A stretch of 64,000 nucleotides of DNA from a bacterium. GTDB lineage: Bacteria; Chloroflexota; Dormibacteria; Aeolococcales; Bog-877. Location: contig JAJYPP010000001.1 of the NCBI GenBank assembly GCA_021795235.1, positions 131,384 through 195,383 of the forward strand. Reading direction: 5' to 3'. Of this stretch, positions 1 to 9,027 are shown in pieces (within the stretch, counting starts at the first letter, position 1; every line of letters begins with the position of its first letter). Position numbers and translations under genes: made by a program. Below the pieces are notes generated by a model. That model had not been told where the DNA came from, did not search any database, and saw nothing but the letters and a program-made list of their open reading frames with translations.

Positions 1-1
1 G

Positions 2-76
2 CCGCTCTTCCGCTACCAGCACAAGCTGGTGGGCACCACCCTGTACATCCGCAACGTGCTGACCGAGGGCAATTGA
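2..76 (+). CDS. C-terminal fragment of a CDS entering from upstream (ends ...LYIRNVLTEGN*). It may be another subunit (Rieske?) of the adjacent bc-type complex.
   Basis: Frame 2 is open from the window edge to TGA 74-76, 1 nt before the cytochrome b start. The fragment is too short for a family call. Confidence 0.3.
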   Translation, partial: PLFRYQHKLVGTTLYIRNVLTEGN

Positions 77-77
77 G

Positions 78-1292
78 GTGGCCCAGGGACTAGAGCGCAG
101 CCGAATGGCTGGGAAGCTGACCCGCCCGGTCTCCGGTCTCCTGGCGACCACCTACCGATGGGTGGACGAGCGCCTGGGGGTGACCGACCTGATGCACCAA
201 CTGCTCTACGAGGCCGTGCCCCGGCGGGGCGCGTGGGCATATTCCCTGGGCAGCGCCACCCTCATCATCATCATCCTGCAGATCGTCACCGGGATGTTCC
301 TGCTCTGGACCTACGTTCCCTCCACCACCGAGGCGTGGCAGAGCCTCAACTTCATCGAGCATCACGACGAGTTCGCCGCCATCGTGCGGGGAATGCATCT
401 CTGGGGCGCCTACATCCTCTTCATCGTGATCGGCCTGCACATGGTGCGCACCTTTGTCAGCGGCTCGTACAAGAAGCCGAGAGAGCTGAACTGGATCATC
501 GGAGTGGTGCTCTTCCTGCTGGTGCTCGGGCTCGGCATCACCGGGTCGATGCTGCCCTGGGACCAGGCCGCCTACTGGACGGCGACCGTGGTCACCCACG
601 TCGTCAGCTACCTCCCCCTCTTCGGCACTCCGATCGAGGAGATCCTGAGGGGTGGCCCCGACATGGGACCGGCCACCCTGACCCGTTTCTTCGCCATCCA
701 CATCTGGCTGTTGCCGGCGCTGCTGGTGCCGTTGATCGGCCTGCACCTAGTCCTGCTGCGCCGTCACGGCGAGCACGGCTCATGGGTCAACTATGAGGGG
801 GTGGAGGAGGAGACCGAGGCCGAGCGGGCCCGGCGGATGGCCGCCGCCGAGGCCCCCTACCCGGCGGTGCCCAGCGACCCGGGTTACGCGGTCCCAGTTG
901 ACCTGGACGAGTTCTTCCCATCCCAGGTGTTCAAGGACGCGGTGGTCAGCTTTGCCCTGGTGCTGATCATCTTTGTGATGGCGATCGTGGTGGGGGCCCC
1001 GCTGGAGCGAGCGGCCAACCCGGCCGCCCTCAACTACGTCCCGACCCCGGAGTGGTTCTTCCTGCCTCTGGACCAGCTGCTGGTCCAGTTCCCGCAGGCG
1101 TGGATGATCCCGGTCGGGGTCTTCGTGATCCCCGGAATCGGGACCACGCTGCTGATGCTGGTACCCTTCCTGGATCGGACCCCTGGCCGGGAGCCCTGGC
1201 GTAGGCCGGAGGTGATGGTTCCCGGTCTGTTCGCGGTGCTGTTCCTGATCTTCGAGGCCATGCTGGCCGTGGGCCGACTCTTCAATCTCTGA
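78..1292 (+). CDS. qcrB: Cytochrome b of a bc1/b6f-type quinol-cytochrome c reductase (b6-like N-terminal part plus subunit-IV-like C-terminal part)
   Basis: 404-aa multi-TM ORF with GTG start. Cytochrome b hallmarks are present: RGMHLWGAY, LPWDQAAYW, FFAIHIWLLP, C-terminal PEWFFLPLDQ. Confidence 0.9.
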   Translation: MAQGLERSRMAGKLTRPVSGLLATTYRWVDERLGVTDLMHQLLYEAVPRRGAWAYSLGSATLIIIILQIVTGMFLLWTYVPSTTEAWQSLNFIEHHDEFAAIVRGMHLWGAYILFIVIGLHMVRTFVSGSYKKPRELNWIIGVVLFLLVLGLGITGSMLPWDQAAYWTATVVTHVVSYLPLFGTPIEEILRGGPDMGPATLTRFFAIHIWLLPALLVPLIGLHLVLLRRHGEHGSWVNYEGVEEETEAERARRMAAAEAPYPAVPSDPGYAVPVDLDEFFPSQVFKDAVVSFALVLIIFVMAIVVGAPLERAANPAALNYVPTPEWFFLPLDQLLVQFPQAWMIPVGVFVIPGIGTTLLMLVPFLDRTPGREPWRRPEVMVPGLFAVLFLIFEAMLAVGRLFNL

Positions 1293-1293
1293 T

Positions 1294-2694
1294 ATGCCAC
1301 TGCTAGCAGCCGCCACGCCCCAGCTGACCCAGGTCCCCATATCCACGGGAGTCGCCACCGCGCTGGTAGCCCTGCTGATGCTGACACATGTTCAGTTCGC
1401 GGCCTGGCAGCAGGGCGGCTACATCATCCTGGCGGTCAGCGACTTCGTGGGTTGGAAGCGCAAGAGCGAGCGCTATGACCGCTTCTCCAAGGGGCTGGTG
1501 ACCGCGCTGGGAGCCACCTTCGCGGTCGGCGGTTCACTGGCGATCTTCGCGATCATGATCCTGTTCCTGGGCCTCTGGGGGCACTTCTGGGTCGACATCC
1601 AAAGAGTCCTGTTCTGGCCCTTCGTGGCGGAGGCCGCGGCTTTCGTGGGCGAGATCGCCTGCCTGTACCCCCTCTATGCCAGGTGGGAGAAGCTGGGCCG
1701 GGTCCGGGGCCTGCGGGTCGGGCTCGAGGTGCTCTTGTTCATAAACGCCGAGGTGCAGATGCTCCTGATCAACGTGGTCGCCTCCTACATGCTGACCCCC
1801 CGCAACGCGTTCGACCTGCCGGCGATCCTGATGAACCCGACCGAGATCCCTCTCGAGATCCACCGCTTGGTGGGCAACATCGCCTGGGCGGGGGCGATCA
1901 TCGCCATGACCGCCGGGATCCGGCTCTTGCTGCGCAGCGGGCGCCGCCCCGAACTGCGTCCCTACCTCGACTGGATGGGTCACTACGGCCTGATCTACGC
2001 CATCGGGTTCACCGTCGCCCAGCCCCTGGTGGGCTGGGAGTACGCCAAGGAGATCCAGCTGCACGCCTACGCCTCCTGGTACGACATGATGCTGGGCGGG
2101 CTCAGCGTCGCCTTCTTGTTCCAGGTGTTCCTGCTGGGGTCAATCTTCACGGTTGGGATCTTCTACCTGTGGCGGCGGGTCAGAGCCAGTGGCTTCCGCT
2201 CGCCGGCGTTGGCGGTCTGCACCGCGCTCTCATTCGGCGCTTGGATGCTCATCTCCACTCCCTCGTCGCTGGCCTGGAGCTACGAGAGCGTCTTCGCGGC
2301 CAACGCCGCCGCCCCGATCTGGCAGGGTGGCCTGCTGATCCCATGGGGGGCCATGATCCCCTGGAAGCTGACCGCCCTGGTCACCTTCACCGGGGTCGGC
2401 ATCGTGGCGCTCACCATCTACCTCAAGTACGCCAGTCGGGGCAAGCTGCGCTGGGGCGACGTGGGGCGGGCCCAGGCGTTCTCCCTGATCGCGGTCGGGG
2501 TGTCGGTCTCTTTGATCATGGCCCTGATGGGCTTCATCCGCGAGAACAGCCGGGGCCCCTTCCTGATCACCAACCACATGCTCATCAACCAGCAGCAGAA
2601 CTTCTCGCCGCCCACCAAGACCGGGCCCGCGCTCAACGGCCCGGCCAGCAACATAGGCTTCTCGGTCATCCTGCCCACCCAGACCCACCCGTGA
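1294..2694 (+). CDS. Polytopic membrane protein, cytochrome bd oxidase subunit I (CydA)-like
   Basis: 466-aa ORF whose ATG lies 2 nt after the cytochrome b stop. The N-terminal part parallels CydA: His in first helix (LTHVQF), AEAAAFVGE...ARWEKLG like AFFLES...GWDRLG, and a second His in EIHRLVGN. No cydB-like gene follows. Confidence 0.55.
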   Translation: MPLLAAATPQLTQVPISTGVATALVALLMLTHVQFAAWQQGGYIILAVSDFVGWKRKSERYDRFSKGLVTALGATFAVGGSLAIFAIMILFLGLWGHFWVDIQRVLFWPFVAEAAAFVGEIACLYPLYARWEKLGRVRGLRVGLEVLLFINAEVQMLLINVVASYMLTPRNAFDLPAILMNPTEIPLEIHRLVGNIAWAGAIIAMTAGIRLLLRSGRRPELRPYLDWMGHYGLIYAIGFTVAQPLVGWEYAKEIQLHAYASWYDMMLGGLSVAFLFQVFLLGSIFTVGIFYLWRRVRASGFRSPALAVCTALSFGAWMLISTPSSLAWSYESVFAANAAAPIWQGGLLIPWGAMIPWKLTALVTFTGVGIVALTIYLKYASRGKLRWGDVGRAQAFSLIAVGVSVSLIMALMGFIRENSRGPFLITNHMLINQQQNFSPPTKTGPALNGPASNIGFSVILPTQTHP

Positions 2695-3113
2695 AGCTGA
2701 TCTTCCGCCCCATCCGCAAACCGGCCGAGGAATTCGCCGAGGTGACCAAGGAGCCCATTTCCAGAGGCATGGAAACCTATCTGGAGATGCACTCCTTTGG
2801 CTTCCCAGATCGTCCGACTCCCGCCAACCTGCCGGTCTCGGTGCGGCTGGCAGCCACTGCCAAGGTGCTCCATGAGCGCATCGGAATCCTGAGCGACATC
2901 CTGCGGCGGCTGGAGAACATCGGCTGGGACGTCCACACCGAGGGTGACGTGGTGGTGGTCCAGAACCAGCTCTCTCTCGAGGATGGCTGGGATGTGCTGC
3001 GCAAGGAGGGGATCAGCGACCACGTCATGGGCCTGGCGGAGCGGGGATCCGACAAGCTGGCGGCCAAGGGCCCGGCCGGGGGCGGAGAGCGGCCGGAGCA
3101 GGGACTCTCGTAG
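2691..3113 (+). CDS. Hypothetical soluble protein (140 aa)
   Basis: GTG at 2691 overlaps the upstream TGA (GTGA coupling). Composition is coding-like. No family recognised. Confidence 0.5.
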   Translation: MKLIFRPIRKPAEEFAEVTKEPISRGMETYLEMHSFGFPDRPTPANLPVSVRLAATAKVLHERIGILSDILRRLENIGWDVHTEGDVVVVQNQLSLEDGWDVLRKEGISDHVMGLAERGSDKLAAKGPAGGGERPEQGLS

Positions 3114-3280
3114 GAGGGTGCCCCGGACGTCCGAGGAGAGGGTCGCCCTTGCTCGCGACCGTCCCCAGGACCAACTACCGGCCCGCGGGTATCGCCAACC
3201 GGGCAACCGGGAACGCGGCAAACTGGGGCCAGCGGGCGCGGCTCACGCGGGTCCAGGAACGCCCAGGAAGTCCGCGACTG

Positions 3281-3289
3281 TGGTATAAG
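3281..3289 (+). promoter_or_regulatory. Candidate extended -10 promoter element TGGTATAAG upstream of the acetate-channel gene
   Basis: TGnTAnAAn motif in an AT-richer patch about 90 nt upstream of the 3377 start. The same motif type recurs upstream of other genes in this window. Confidence 0.3.
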
Positions 3290-3376
3290 ACCTCTTCTAT
3301 TAGGGGCGCGGCAGTCTGGCCCCATGGCTTGGGGGGCTGCGCACTGGGTAGCCGCCCGCCGCTGAGAGGAGGATGC

Positions 3377-4006
3377 ATGGCAAGCACAGCACCGGGAACC
3401 GTCGGCACTGAGACGGCAGGAATAAACATGGTGGCCGACCCCGCCCCGGTCGCGGCGGGCGCGTTTGCGGGGGCCACCTTCGTGCTCAGCCTGATCAACG
3501 CGGGAGTGATCGCGGCGGCCGTGGAGCCGGTCGCCCTAACCCTGGCCCTGTTCTATGGGGGGATGCTGCAGCTGCTGGCCGGAATGTGGGAGTTCCGCAA
3601 CAATCGCAACACCTTTGGCGCGGTGGCGTTCACCGGCTACGGCGTCTTCTGGATATCGCTGTGGTACCTGGTCACCCAGGTGCTCAGCAAGGGCGCCATT
3701 CCGGCTGCGGACATACCGACGGCAGTCGGCGTGTTCCTGCTGGTGTGGACGATCTTCACGTTCTACCTCTGGGTCGCCACCTTCCGGACCAACGGCGTGC
3801 TGGTGGCGATCTTCTCCGCCCTGCTGCTGACCTTCATTCTGCTCACGCTCGGCAACTGGGGAGGCAATCCAGCCATCACCAAGATCGGAGGCTGGACCGG
3901 GATTGTGACGGCCATCTTCGCCTGGTACCTGGCGGCGGCCCTGGTCATCAATTTCACCTTCAAGCGGGCGGCGGTGCCCTTGTTCCCGTTCGCCGCGCGG
4001 AGTTAG
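3377..4006 (+). CDS. satP: GPR1/FUN34/YaaH (SatP) family acetate/succinate channel
   Basis: ATG at 3377 is preceded by GAGAGGAGG. Family motifs are present: NPAPV-like N-terminus, FYGGMLQLLAGMWEF..NNTFG..AF..YG.FW, six TM segments. Confidence 0.85.
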   Translation: MASTAPGTVGTETAGINMVADPAPVAAGAFAGATFVLSLINAGVIAAAVEPVALTLALFYGGMLQLLAGMWEFRNNRNTFGAVAFTGYGVFWISLWYLVTQVLSKGAIPAADIPTAVGVFLLVWTIFTFYLWVATFRTNGVLVAIFSALLLTFILLTLGNWGGNPAITKIGGWTGIVTAIFAWYLAAALVINFTFKRAAVPLFPFAARS

Positions 4007-4170
4007 ATGGTCGGTTCGGGGGCCACGCTCGTGAGTAGTTCGGCGCTGGCGACGCTTGGTCCGCCTGCTGCCGGGCGGTTGCGCATGAGTTTGACCACGG
4101 CCAGGCGGTGGGGTCCCGCAGGTCCCCCGGGGGGCCGCCGCCGAGCTCGGCCGGAGCCGAGGCAGATGGC

Positions 4171-5751
4171 GTGAAGGTACCACTGACCCCGTTGGAGTTC
4201 GCCCGGCGCTCCAGGAGCTTGTACGCAGATCGCGAGGCGGTGGTCGACCGGGACCTGCGACTGACCTATGCACAGTTCTTCGACCGCTGCGACCGGTGGT
4301 CGGGTGCGCTGCGGCGGCTCGGGGTGGGGCCCGGGGACAGGGTGGCCTACATAGCCCCCAACACCCATGGCCAGCTCGAGGGGTTCTACGCGGTGCCGCA
4401 ACTGGGCGCCGTGCTGGTTCCGATCAACTTCCGGCTCACCCCAGGTGACTTCGCCTATGTGGTGAACCATTCCGGCGCCAGCGTCGTCTGCGCCCACTCC
4501 GATCAGCTGGAGGCAGTTGAGGGCGTCCGCGCCCAGATGCCCGAGGTCCGGCACTTTGTGGCCCTGGAGGGAGCATATCGGAACTGGCTGGACTATGAGA
4601 GCACCTTGGCCGCCGAGACGCCCGAGACGCCGCGGAGAGAGTGGCCCACCGTGGATGAGGACGATCTGATCTCGATCAACTACACCAGCGGTACCACCGC
4701 CCGCCCCAAGGGAGTCATGATCACGCACCGGAACGCCGCCTTCAACGTGATCGGCACGCTCATCCACCTTCCTCTGCGTCCTGGGGATCGCTACCTCTGG
4801 ACGCTGCCAATGTTTCATGCCAATGGGTGGACCTACACGTGGACGGTGACTGCGGCGGGGGCCACCCACGTATGTCTGCCCAAAGTTGAGCCAGCGGCGG
4901 TATTCGGTCTTGTTCGCCGGGAGCGGATCGGGTGGATGTGCGCTGCCCCCACCGTGCTCATCGGGCTGGCCAACGCGCCTGCCGAGGCTCGAGGAGCCGT
5001 TCCCAGGGGGGTGCACGTGGTGACCGCCGGAGCCTCGCCCAGCGCCGCTACCATCGAGCGCCTGGAGGGCGACCTGGGCTGGGAGGTGACGCATGTCTAC
5101 GGCCTCACGGAGACATCTCCATTCATCACGGTCTGCGAGCCGCGGCCGGAACACCAGGGGCTATCCCCATCCGACCGGGCCCTGATCAAAGCCCGGCAGG
5201 GAGTGGAGATGATCACGTCCGGCGAGCTGCGGGTGGTCGACGACCAGGGGGCGGAGGTGCCCTGGGACGGAGAGACGTTGGGCGAGATCGTGGTGCGCGG
5301 CAATGTCGTGATGGATGGCTACTACCATGACCCCGACGCCACCGCGGAGGTGATGGGTGACGGATGGTTCCACAGCGGCGACGGGGCCGTGGTCCATGAG
5401 GACGGCTTCGTGGAGATTCGGGACCGCTTGAAGGACGTCATAATCAGCGGCGGCGAGAACATATCGTCCGTGGAGGTGGAGGGCAGTCTGCTCCGCCATC
5501 CGGCGGTGCAGGAGGTCGCCATTGTCGGGCTCCCCGACGAAAAGTGGGGCGAAGCTCCGCATGCGTTCGTGGTGTTGCGGGCGGGAGCTTCAGTCTCTCC
5601 CGAAGACCTCAAGTTGTTCGCTCGAGATCGGCTCGCCCACTTCAAGGTCCCGCAGACTGTGACCGTAGTCAGCGAGCTGCCCAAGACGGCGACGGGCAAG
5701 ATCCAGAAGTATGTCCTCCGAGCGGGAGCGGCCTCCATCGGCAAACAGTAG
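4171..5751 (+). CDS. AMP-dependent acyl-CoA synthetase/ligase (FadD / medium-chain type)
   Basis: AMP-binding motifs YTSGTTARPKGV, GYGLTE-like YGLTETS, WFHSGD, PKTATGKIQK. Start is uncertain: GTG 4171 is chosen so the N-terminus matches the usual ...PLTPLEF start, and the ORF is open from 4108. Confidence 0.85.
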   Translation: MKVPLTPLEFARRSRSLYADREAVVDRDLRLTYAQFFDRCDRWSGALRRLGVGPGDRVAYIAPNTHGQLEGFYAVPQLGAVLVPINFRLTPGDFAYVVNHSGASVVCAHSDQLEAVEGVRAQMPEVRHFVALEGAYRNWLDYESTLAAETPETPRREWPTVDEDDLISINYTSGTTARPKGVMITHRNAAFNVIGTLIHLPLRPGDRYLWTLPMFHANGWTYTWTVTAAGATHVCLPKVEPAAVFGLVRRERIGWMCAAPTVLIGLANAPAEARGAVPRGVHVVTAGASPSAATIERLEGDLGWEVTHVYGLTETSPFITVCEPRPEHQGLSPSDRALIKARQGVEMITSGELRVVDDQGAEVPWDGETLGEIVVRGNVVMDGYYHDPDATAEVMGDGWFHSGDGAVVHEDGFVEIRDRLKDVIISGGENISSVEVEGSLLRHPAVQEVAIVGLPDEKWGEAPHAFVVLRAGASVSPEDLKLFARDRLAHFKVPQTVTVVSELPKTATGKIQKYVLRAGAASIGKQ

Positions 5752-5822
5752 GCGAGGAGGCGAAACTCACGAGTCGAGGGGCCAGGCGAGCCGGCCAAAG
5801 CGCGTTGACGGGAGGAACCGAT

Positions 5823-7730
5823 GTGGGAGTCTTTGACGAGGCATACCGGCGCAGCATCGACGACCCGGTCGGCTTCTGGGGCGCCGCGTCCCAGCTCATC
5901 GACTGGACCAGCCCCCCCCGGCAGGTGCTGGACACCTCGGACCTGCCCTTCGTTCACTGGTTCCCCGACGGCGAGCTCAACACCTGCTTCAACGCCCTGG
6001 ACCGGCACGTCGAGGCCGGTCGGGGCGAGGTTGCGGCCCTGATCTACGACAGCCCGCTGACCCACACCGTTCGGAGCTACACCTACTCTGAGCTCCGTGA
6101 CCAGACCGCCCAACTGGCGGGGGCCCTGCGGGGACTCGGGGTCGAGAAGGGCGACACCGTCGTCATCTACATGCCCATGATCCCAGAGGCAGTGATGGCG
6201 ATGTTGGCCTGCGCCCGTCTCGGCGCGGTTCACTCCGTGGTATTCGGGGGCTTTGCCGCACCCGAGCTGGCGGCCAGGATCGACGATGCCAAGCCCAAGG
6301 TGGTGCTGACCGCTTCCTGCGGCATCGAGCCCACCCGTGTGGTGGGGTACAAGCCGTTGCTGGACGAGGCGGTGCGGCTGGCGGCGCACCATCCCGACTG
6401 CAGCGTGATCTTCCAGCGTCCCCAGGAAAGGGCGGCCCTGCATGGCACCGATCTGGACTGGGAGGAGACCGTGTCCGCCGCCAGCCCCGTCGACTGCGTC
6501 TCCGTCAGGTCCACCGACCCGCTGTACATCCTCTACACCTCGGGGACCACGGCCGGACCGAAGGGGGTGGTGCGGGACAATGGCGGACACGCGGTGGCGC
6601 TGGCTTGGAGCATGCCCAACGTCTACGACGTCCGACCCGGCGATGTCTACTGGGCGGCGTCCGATGTGGGCTGGGTGGTGGGGCACTCTTACATCGTCTA
6701 TGCGCCCCTGCTGGCGGGCGTCACCACCGTCCTCTACGAGGGCAAGCCGGTGGGCACTCCCGACCCGGGAGCCTTCTGGCGGGTGATCGCGGACCATCAG
6801 GTGAACACCCTGTTCTGCGCCCCCACAGCCTTGCGCGCGATCAAGAAGGAGGACCCCGAGGGGGAGTTCAAGCGCCGCTACGACACCAGTTGCCTGCGGG
6901 CCTTGTTCCTGGCCGGGGAGCGGCTCGACCCCCCGACGTACGAGTGGGCCCGCCACTTGCTGTCGGTGCCCGTTATCGACCACTGGTGGCAGACGGAGAC
7001 AGGCTGGCCAATCGCGGCCAATTGCCTGGGTATCGAGTCCAGGCCAGTCAAGCCGGGTTCGCCCACCCTGCCGGTGCCTGGTTACCAGGTGGCTGTTTTC
7101 GACGGAAGTGGCAACTCCGTGGCGCCCGGTGTCGACGGCGAGATCGTGATCCGACAGCCTCTTCCGCCAGGCACCCTGACCACCCTGTACAACGCCGATG
7201 AGCGGTTTGTCGAGGCGTACTTCTCCCGTTTTCCGGGCGTGTACCTCACCGGCGACGGTGGCCGTTTCGACGAGGACGGATATCTGTGGGTGATGGGCCG
7301 GGTCGACGACGTCATCAACGTCGCGGGCCACCGGCTCTCTACGGGAGCGATTGAGGAGGTCGTGGCTCGGCATCCAGCGGTGGCCGAGTGCGCGGTGATC
7401 GGAGTCCAGGACCCGCTCAAGGGGCAAGTGCCAATCGGCCTGGTGGTGCTCAAGGCGGGCGTCGACGTGGACCCGGAAGCGCTCCGCAACGACCTCACCC
7501 TGGCGGTCAGGGAGAGCGTCGGGGCCGTGGCTTCATTCCGCAGGGTGCAGGTGGTGACGCGGCTGCCCAAGACGCGGTCGGGGAAAATACTTCGCGCCAC
7601 GATGCGAGCCATTGCCGACGGCCGCGCGTACACCGTTCCCAGCACCATCGAAGACCCCACGGCGCTGGACGACGTCAGCCAGGTCATCTCTCCCGAGGCG
7701 CTGAGCGCGCCAGAGGGCCCGGGAACCTAG
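5823..7730 (+). CDS. prpE: Propionate-CoA ligase (acetyl/propionyl-CoA synthetase family)
   Basis: GTG 5823 is preceded by GGGAGGAA. Strong PrpE-like N-terminus (YRRSIDDPVGFWG...HWFPDGELN, VVFGGFAAPELAARIDDAKPK), plus YTSGTTAGPKG and LPKTRSGKILR. Confidence 0.85.
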   Translation: MGVFDEAYRRSIDDPVGFWGAASQLIDWTSPPRQVLDTSDLPFVHWFPDGELNTCFNALDRHVEAGRGEVAALIYDSPLTHTVRSYTYSELRDQTAQLAGALRGLGVEKGDTVVIYMPMIPEAVMAMLACARLGAVHSVVFGGFAAPELAARIDDAKPKVVLTASCGIEPTRVVGYKPLLDEAVRLAAHHPDCSVIFQRPQERAALHGTDLDWEETVSAASPVDCVSVRSTDPLYILYTSGTTAGPKGVVRDNGGHAVALAWSMPNVYDVRPGDVYWAASDVGWVVGHSYIVYAPLLAGVTTVLYEGKPVGTPDPGAFWRVIADHQVNTLFCAPTALRAIKKEDPEGEFKRRYDTSCLRALFLAGERLDPPTYEWARHLLSVPVIDHWWQTETGWPIAANCLGIESRPVKPGSPTLPVPGYQVAVFDGSGNSVAPGVDGEIVIRQPLPPGTLTTLYNADERFVEAYFSRFPGVYLTGDGGRFDEDGYLWVMGRVDDVINVAGHRLSTGAIEEVVARHPAVAECAVIGVQDPLKGQVPIGLVVLKAGVDVDPEALRNDLTLAVRESVGAVASFRRVQVVTRLPKTRSGKILRATMRAIADGRAYTVPSTIEDPTALDDVSQVISPEALSAPEGPGT

Positions 7731-7953
7731 GCCTCGGGGGGCGCCGCTGGAGCGGCCGCAGGGGACGCCCGCCACGACCGCGCCGTGCTCGCCAGCAGCG
7801 ACGGCCAGGACCCGGGGTAGTCCGGCGCCATGGGGGAGGGGAGCGTAAGACCAGAGCCAACGGCTCGGGCGGCCCCCTATGGAGCCAAGATCAGTGCGGG
7901 GGCTCTGCCAAGGGGCGCCCGGAGTGGGCTACCCGAGTTCACCGGGCGGCACA
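7722..7953 (+). ncRNA. Shortened, degenerate copy (E) of the ~300-nt structured repeat family
   Basis: Shares GCCAGCAGCGACGGCCAGGAC...CCGGCGCC.UGGG.GAGGGGAGCGTAAGACCAGAGCCAACGGCTCGGGCGGC...GAGTTCAC.CGGGCGGCA with copies A-D. Its 5' GGGAAC overlaps the prpE stop codon. It lacks the CUGGCCGGACAUAGCCAG hairpin. Confidence 0.5.
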
Positions 7954-8060
7954 CTGCTCGAGCGGTGCCCCCATCGGCCACAGCCGGCCTGGAGATCCCA
8001 GGGCCCGCCGACTTGCCCTGGGCCGCGTCGGTCGGGCCTGCGCCCTGGTCCGAGCTGGCG

Positions 8061-8495
8061 CTATTCGAAGCGGTGGACCGCTGCGGCTCCTGCCGTCGCG
8101 AAGGGTGCGTTCACCAGCCAGTCCCCGGCGTTGCCAGACTCCACCATCTGCACCTGGACGTCGGCGGTGCGCCGGCCCGGCGAGGAGACGGCGACGGTGG
8201 CCTCGGCATCCGCGGCGTTGACCATCCGGATGGAGACGATCTTGAAGGTAGCTCGGTTCGACTTCACCCAGTTGAAGAATGGGATGAATGGGGTCCTGGC
8301 CTCAGCCGTGTTGGTCAGCAGGGTGTATGCGTAGACCACCGAGTGAGCGTGCACGTCCACCAGGAAGTCCTGCAGGGCAGCGCGAGGGGCGGCGGTTGGG
8401 ACCGCGCAAGCGGTCATCAGGCTGCCACCCAGCAGCAGGGCGGCAGCCAAGGGCGGCAGCCTGCGCCGAAGGCGCCTAACCGGTAACGACCACAC
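8061..8495 (-). CDS. Hypothetical secreted lipoprotein
   Basis: 144-aa ORF with an Arg-rich N-terminus, a hydrophobic core and a lipobox-like LMTAC. It overlaps the 3' end of the upstream cupredoxin gene by 20 nt (operon). Confidence 0.55.
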   Translation of the reverse strand: MWSLPVRRLRRRLPPLAAALLLGGSLMTACAVPTAAPRAALQDFLVDVHAHSVVYAYTLLTNTAEARTPFIPFFNWVKSNRATFKIVSIRMVNAADAEATVAVSSPGRRTADVQVQMVESGNAGDWLVNAPFATAGAAAVHRFE

Positions 8496-8970
8496 GCCCG
8501 AGCATCCCCGGATGCAGAGTGCAATAGTAGTCGTAGACCCCCGGGGCTTTGAACTTGACCGCCCACTTGAACCCGGAGCCCTCAGTGGGCGAGTTGATCA
8601 GCTCCTGATCCACCCACCAGACATTGTGCTGGTCGTACTGATCGGTCCAGATCCACTCCACAGTCGAACCCACCGGAACGGTCAGGCTCTCGGGGACGAA
8701 CTCCCCCACGGTGTTGACGTTGTGGTAGATGATCACCTTGTAGTCGGGATGGGCCGGAAGCTTGGGCAGCACCGCCAGGGAGAGCGTGCTGTTGCGCTGC
8801 CGGATCTGGGTGCCCGGGGCGGTGAGAATGTGGGCGTCGGTTGGCTGGCCGACGTCGCCGAAGGCCCCGCAGCCAGCCACAATGAAGGTGACGAGTACAG
8901 CCAGCAGCCCCAGTGCCCACCGCGATCCACGGGCGCGCTCGCTGGCAGCTGGGAGGGGGAGGAGCGACAT
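8476..8970 (-). CDS. Cupredoxin (plastocyanin/amicyanin-like blue copper protein), lipoprotein
   Basis: Signal peptide plus lipobox IVAGC. Type-1 copper ligand motif YYCTLHPGM at the C-terminus, with an upstream His. Confidence 0.8.
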   Translation of the reverse strand: MSLLPLPAASERARGSRWALGLLAVLVTFIVAGCGAFGDVGQPTDAHILTAPGTQIRQRNSTLSLAVLPKLPAHPDYKVIIYHNVNTVGEFVPESLTVPVGSTVEWIWTDQYDQHNVWWVDQELINSPTEGSGFKWAVKFKAPGVYDYYCTLHPGMLGRVVVTG

Positions 8971-9027
8971 GCTGCCAGGATACCGGGCTCACCAACGGAG
9001 CTGCCGGTCGCAAGCTCGCCCGGGGGA

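Noticed and set aside
5322-7427. Very long antisense or out-of-frame ORFs, for example 5322-7427(-), 19294-20754(-), 27724-29181(-), 35319-37307(+), 37351-38559(-), 38614-39945(-), 51481-52941(-), 56735-58009(-) and 58217-59824(-).
   Set aside because: They are shadow ORFs typical of high-GC DNA. Each lies opposite or out of frame to a CDS with clear family motifs. Their translations are Arg/Pro/Gly-rich with no recognisable domains.
7388-8221. A 277-aa + strand ORF spanning the prpE 3' end and the downstream spacer.
   Set aside because: It has an extremely Arg/Gly/Pro-rich translation. It overlaps the prpE coding frame and repeat copy E, and has no start context.
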